A DNA stretch of 64,000 bases from Selaginella moellendorffii (taxonomy: Eukaryota > Plantae > Lycopodiophyta), in the NCBI RefSeq assembly GCF_000143415.4, contig NW_003314280.1:1302894-1366893 (forward strand), given 5' to 3'. Positions 63,235 to 64,000 of this stretch are shown here, in pieces. A program made the position numbers and the translations under genes. Below the pieces are notes generated by a model. It worked only from the letters and a program-made list of their open reading frames with translations. It was not told the DNA's origin and did not search any database. Positions within the stretch are counted from its first letter, which is position 1; each line of letters starts with the position of its first letter.

Positions 63235-63960
63235 ATCGTTTTCAGTGCAGGCACCGTCCTTGCATCAGCAGCTGAATTGCATTGTTGACATTTTTCAAAG
63301 AGTACGTCACGAACTCAACCTTGATCTCCTGTACCTAGAACAAGGAAACAGCATTTTTATACCAGTACCTTGCGAATGTACTTCTCTACGAGTTCATGGA
63401 GCTGCGATGGTTTGTATCCTCCAAGTATGGTTCCTTTCAAGGCGTGGCTGAAGAGCAACTTTACCGGATCCGTGTCGATAGTTCCTGGTCCGCTTGGAAC
63501 TCCGGCAACGATGGTTACTCCTCAAGCCTGGTAATATTCACATCAGAAACTCGGAGGATTCACAGACGTGTGAGTGCTCTGGAATGCCACTTGCATCAAT
63601 GCAACGCTTCCAATGCACTCGAAGCTGTAGTTTACTCCACCTTGGCTGAGTTCCACTATCACCTGCGAGCCAGCACACAATGACGAAGAACTCATGAATT
63701 TTGTCGTGATCACGCGGATTGAGGAAGTCTGTGATACCAAACAGCTTGCCTTTGAGTCCAAACACAAGTAAGCTTTCTTCTTTGATTCTATTATCTGAAA
63801 CAAGCACTCACCCTAGCTCGAAATTTTTCAGAGTTGATATTTACTCTAATAAGCCTGGAAGCACCGGACAATTTGGCCGCTTGCGCTATCTCCATTGACA
63901 CTCTGACTCGAGTTGCTAGAACACGAGAACTCACAGCCACTCCCACTGTGCCGAGCTCAA
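63235..63960 (-). pseudogene. Zinc-dependent alcohol dehydrogenase (ADH/GSNOR family) 3' part, apparently degenerate; may continue beyond the window
   Basis: AAKLSGASRLI, KLFGITDFLNPRD, VIVELSQGGVNYSFECIG, GVTIVAGVP, LKGTILGGYKP and AIQLLMQGRCL. The GxGxxG region looks corrupted. Confidence 0.7.
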
Positions 63961-64000
63961 AGATCGGAATTGGAGGAGCCGTGATTTAGGAGACAGTTAC

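Overview
This is eukaryotic, land-plant DNA. Very short introns (mostly 50-90 nt), tight gene spacing and an intact axonemal dynein assembly factor (DNAAF11/LRRC6) point to a compact-genome plant with flagellated sperm, most likely the lycophyte Selaginella (inference). Bases 1-47,000 are mostly nested repeats. They include at least three tandem copies of an unclassified ~5.4-kb degenerate unit, which carry a 1.54-kb solo LTR, two apparently identical 288-bp MITEs with 4-bp TNNA target duplications, and a Tcn1/sushi-like chromoviral Gypsy element. That element shows a tRNA-independent self-priming inverted repeat and a PEG10-type GGGAAAC slippery site followed by a predicted pseudoknot. Further on are three more decayed Gypsy elements and a three-LTR tandem Cassandra (5S rRNA-carrying) TRIM. 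A small gene island at 19.6-26.4 kb holds a CYP72-clan P450 and two convergent NPF transporters, one of which lacks the ExxEK motif. Bases 47,400-64,000 are gene-dense: HD-ZIP I with a candidate spliced uORF, DNAAF11, an aldo-keto reductase head-to-head with an aldehyde oxidase (ATGs 86 bp apart), a CYP78A pseudogene and a degenerate ADH-like gene. There are three 100-N assembly gaps. All alignments and translations were done by eye.
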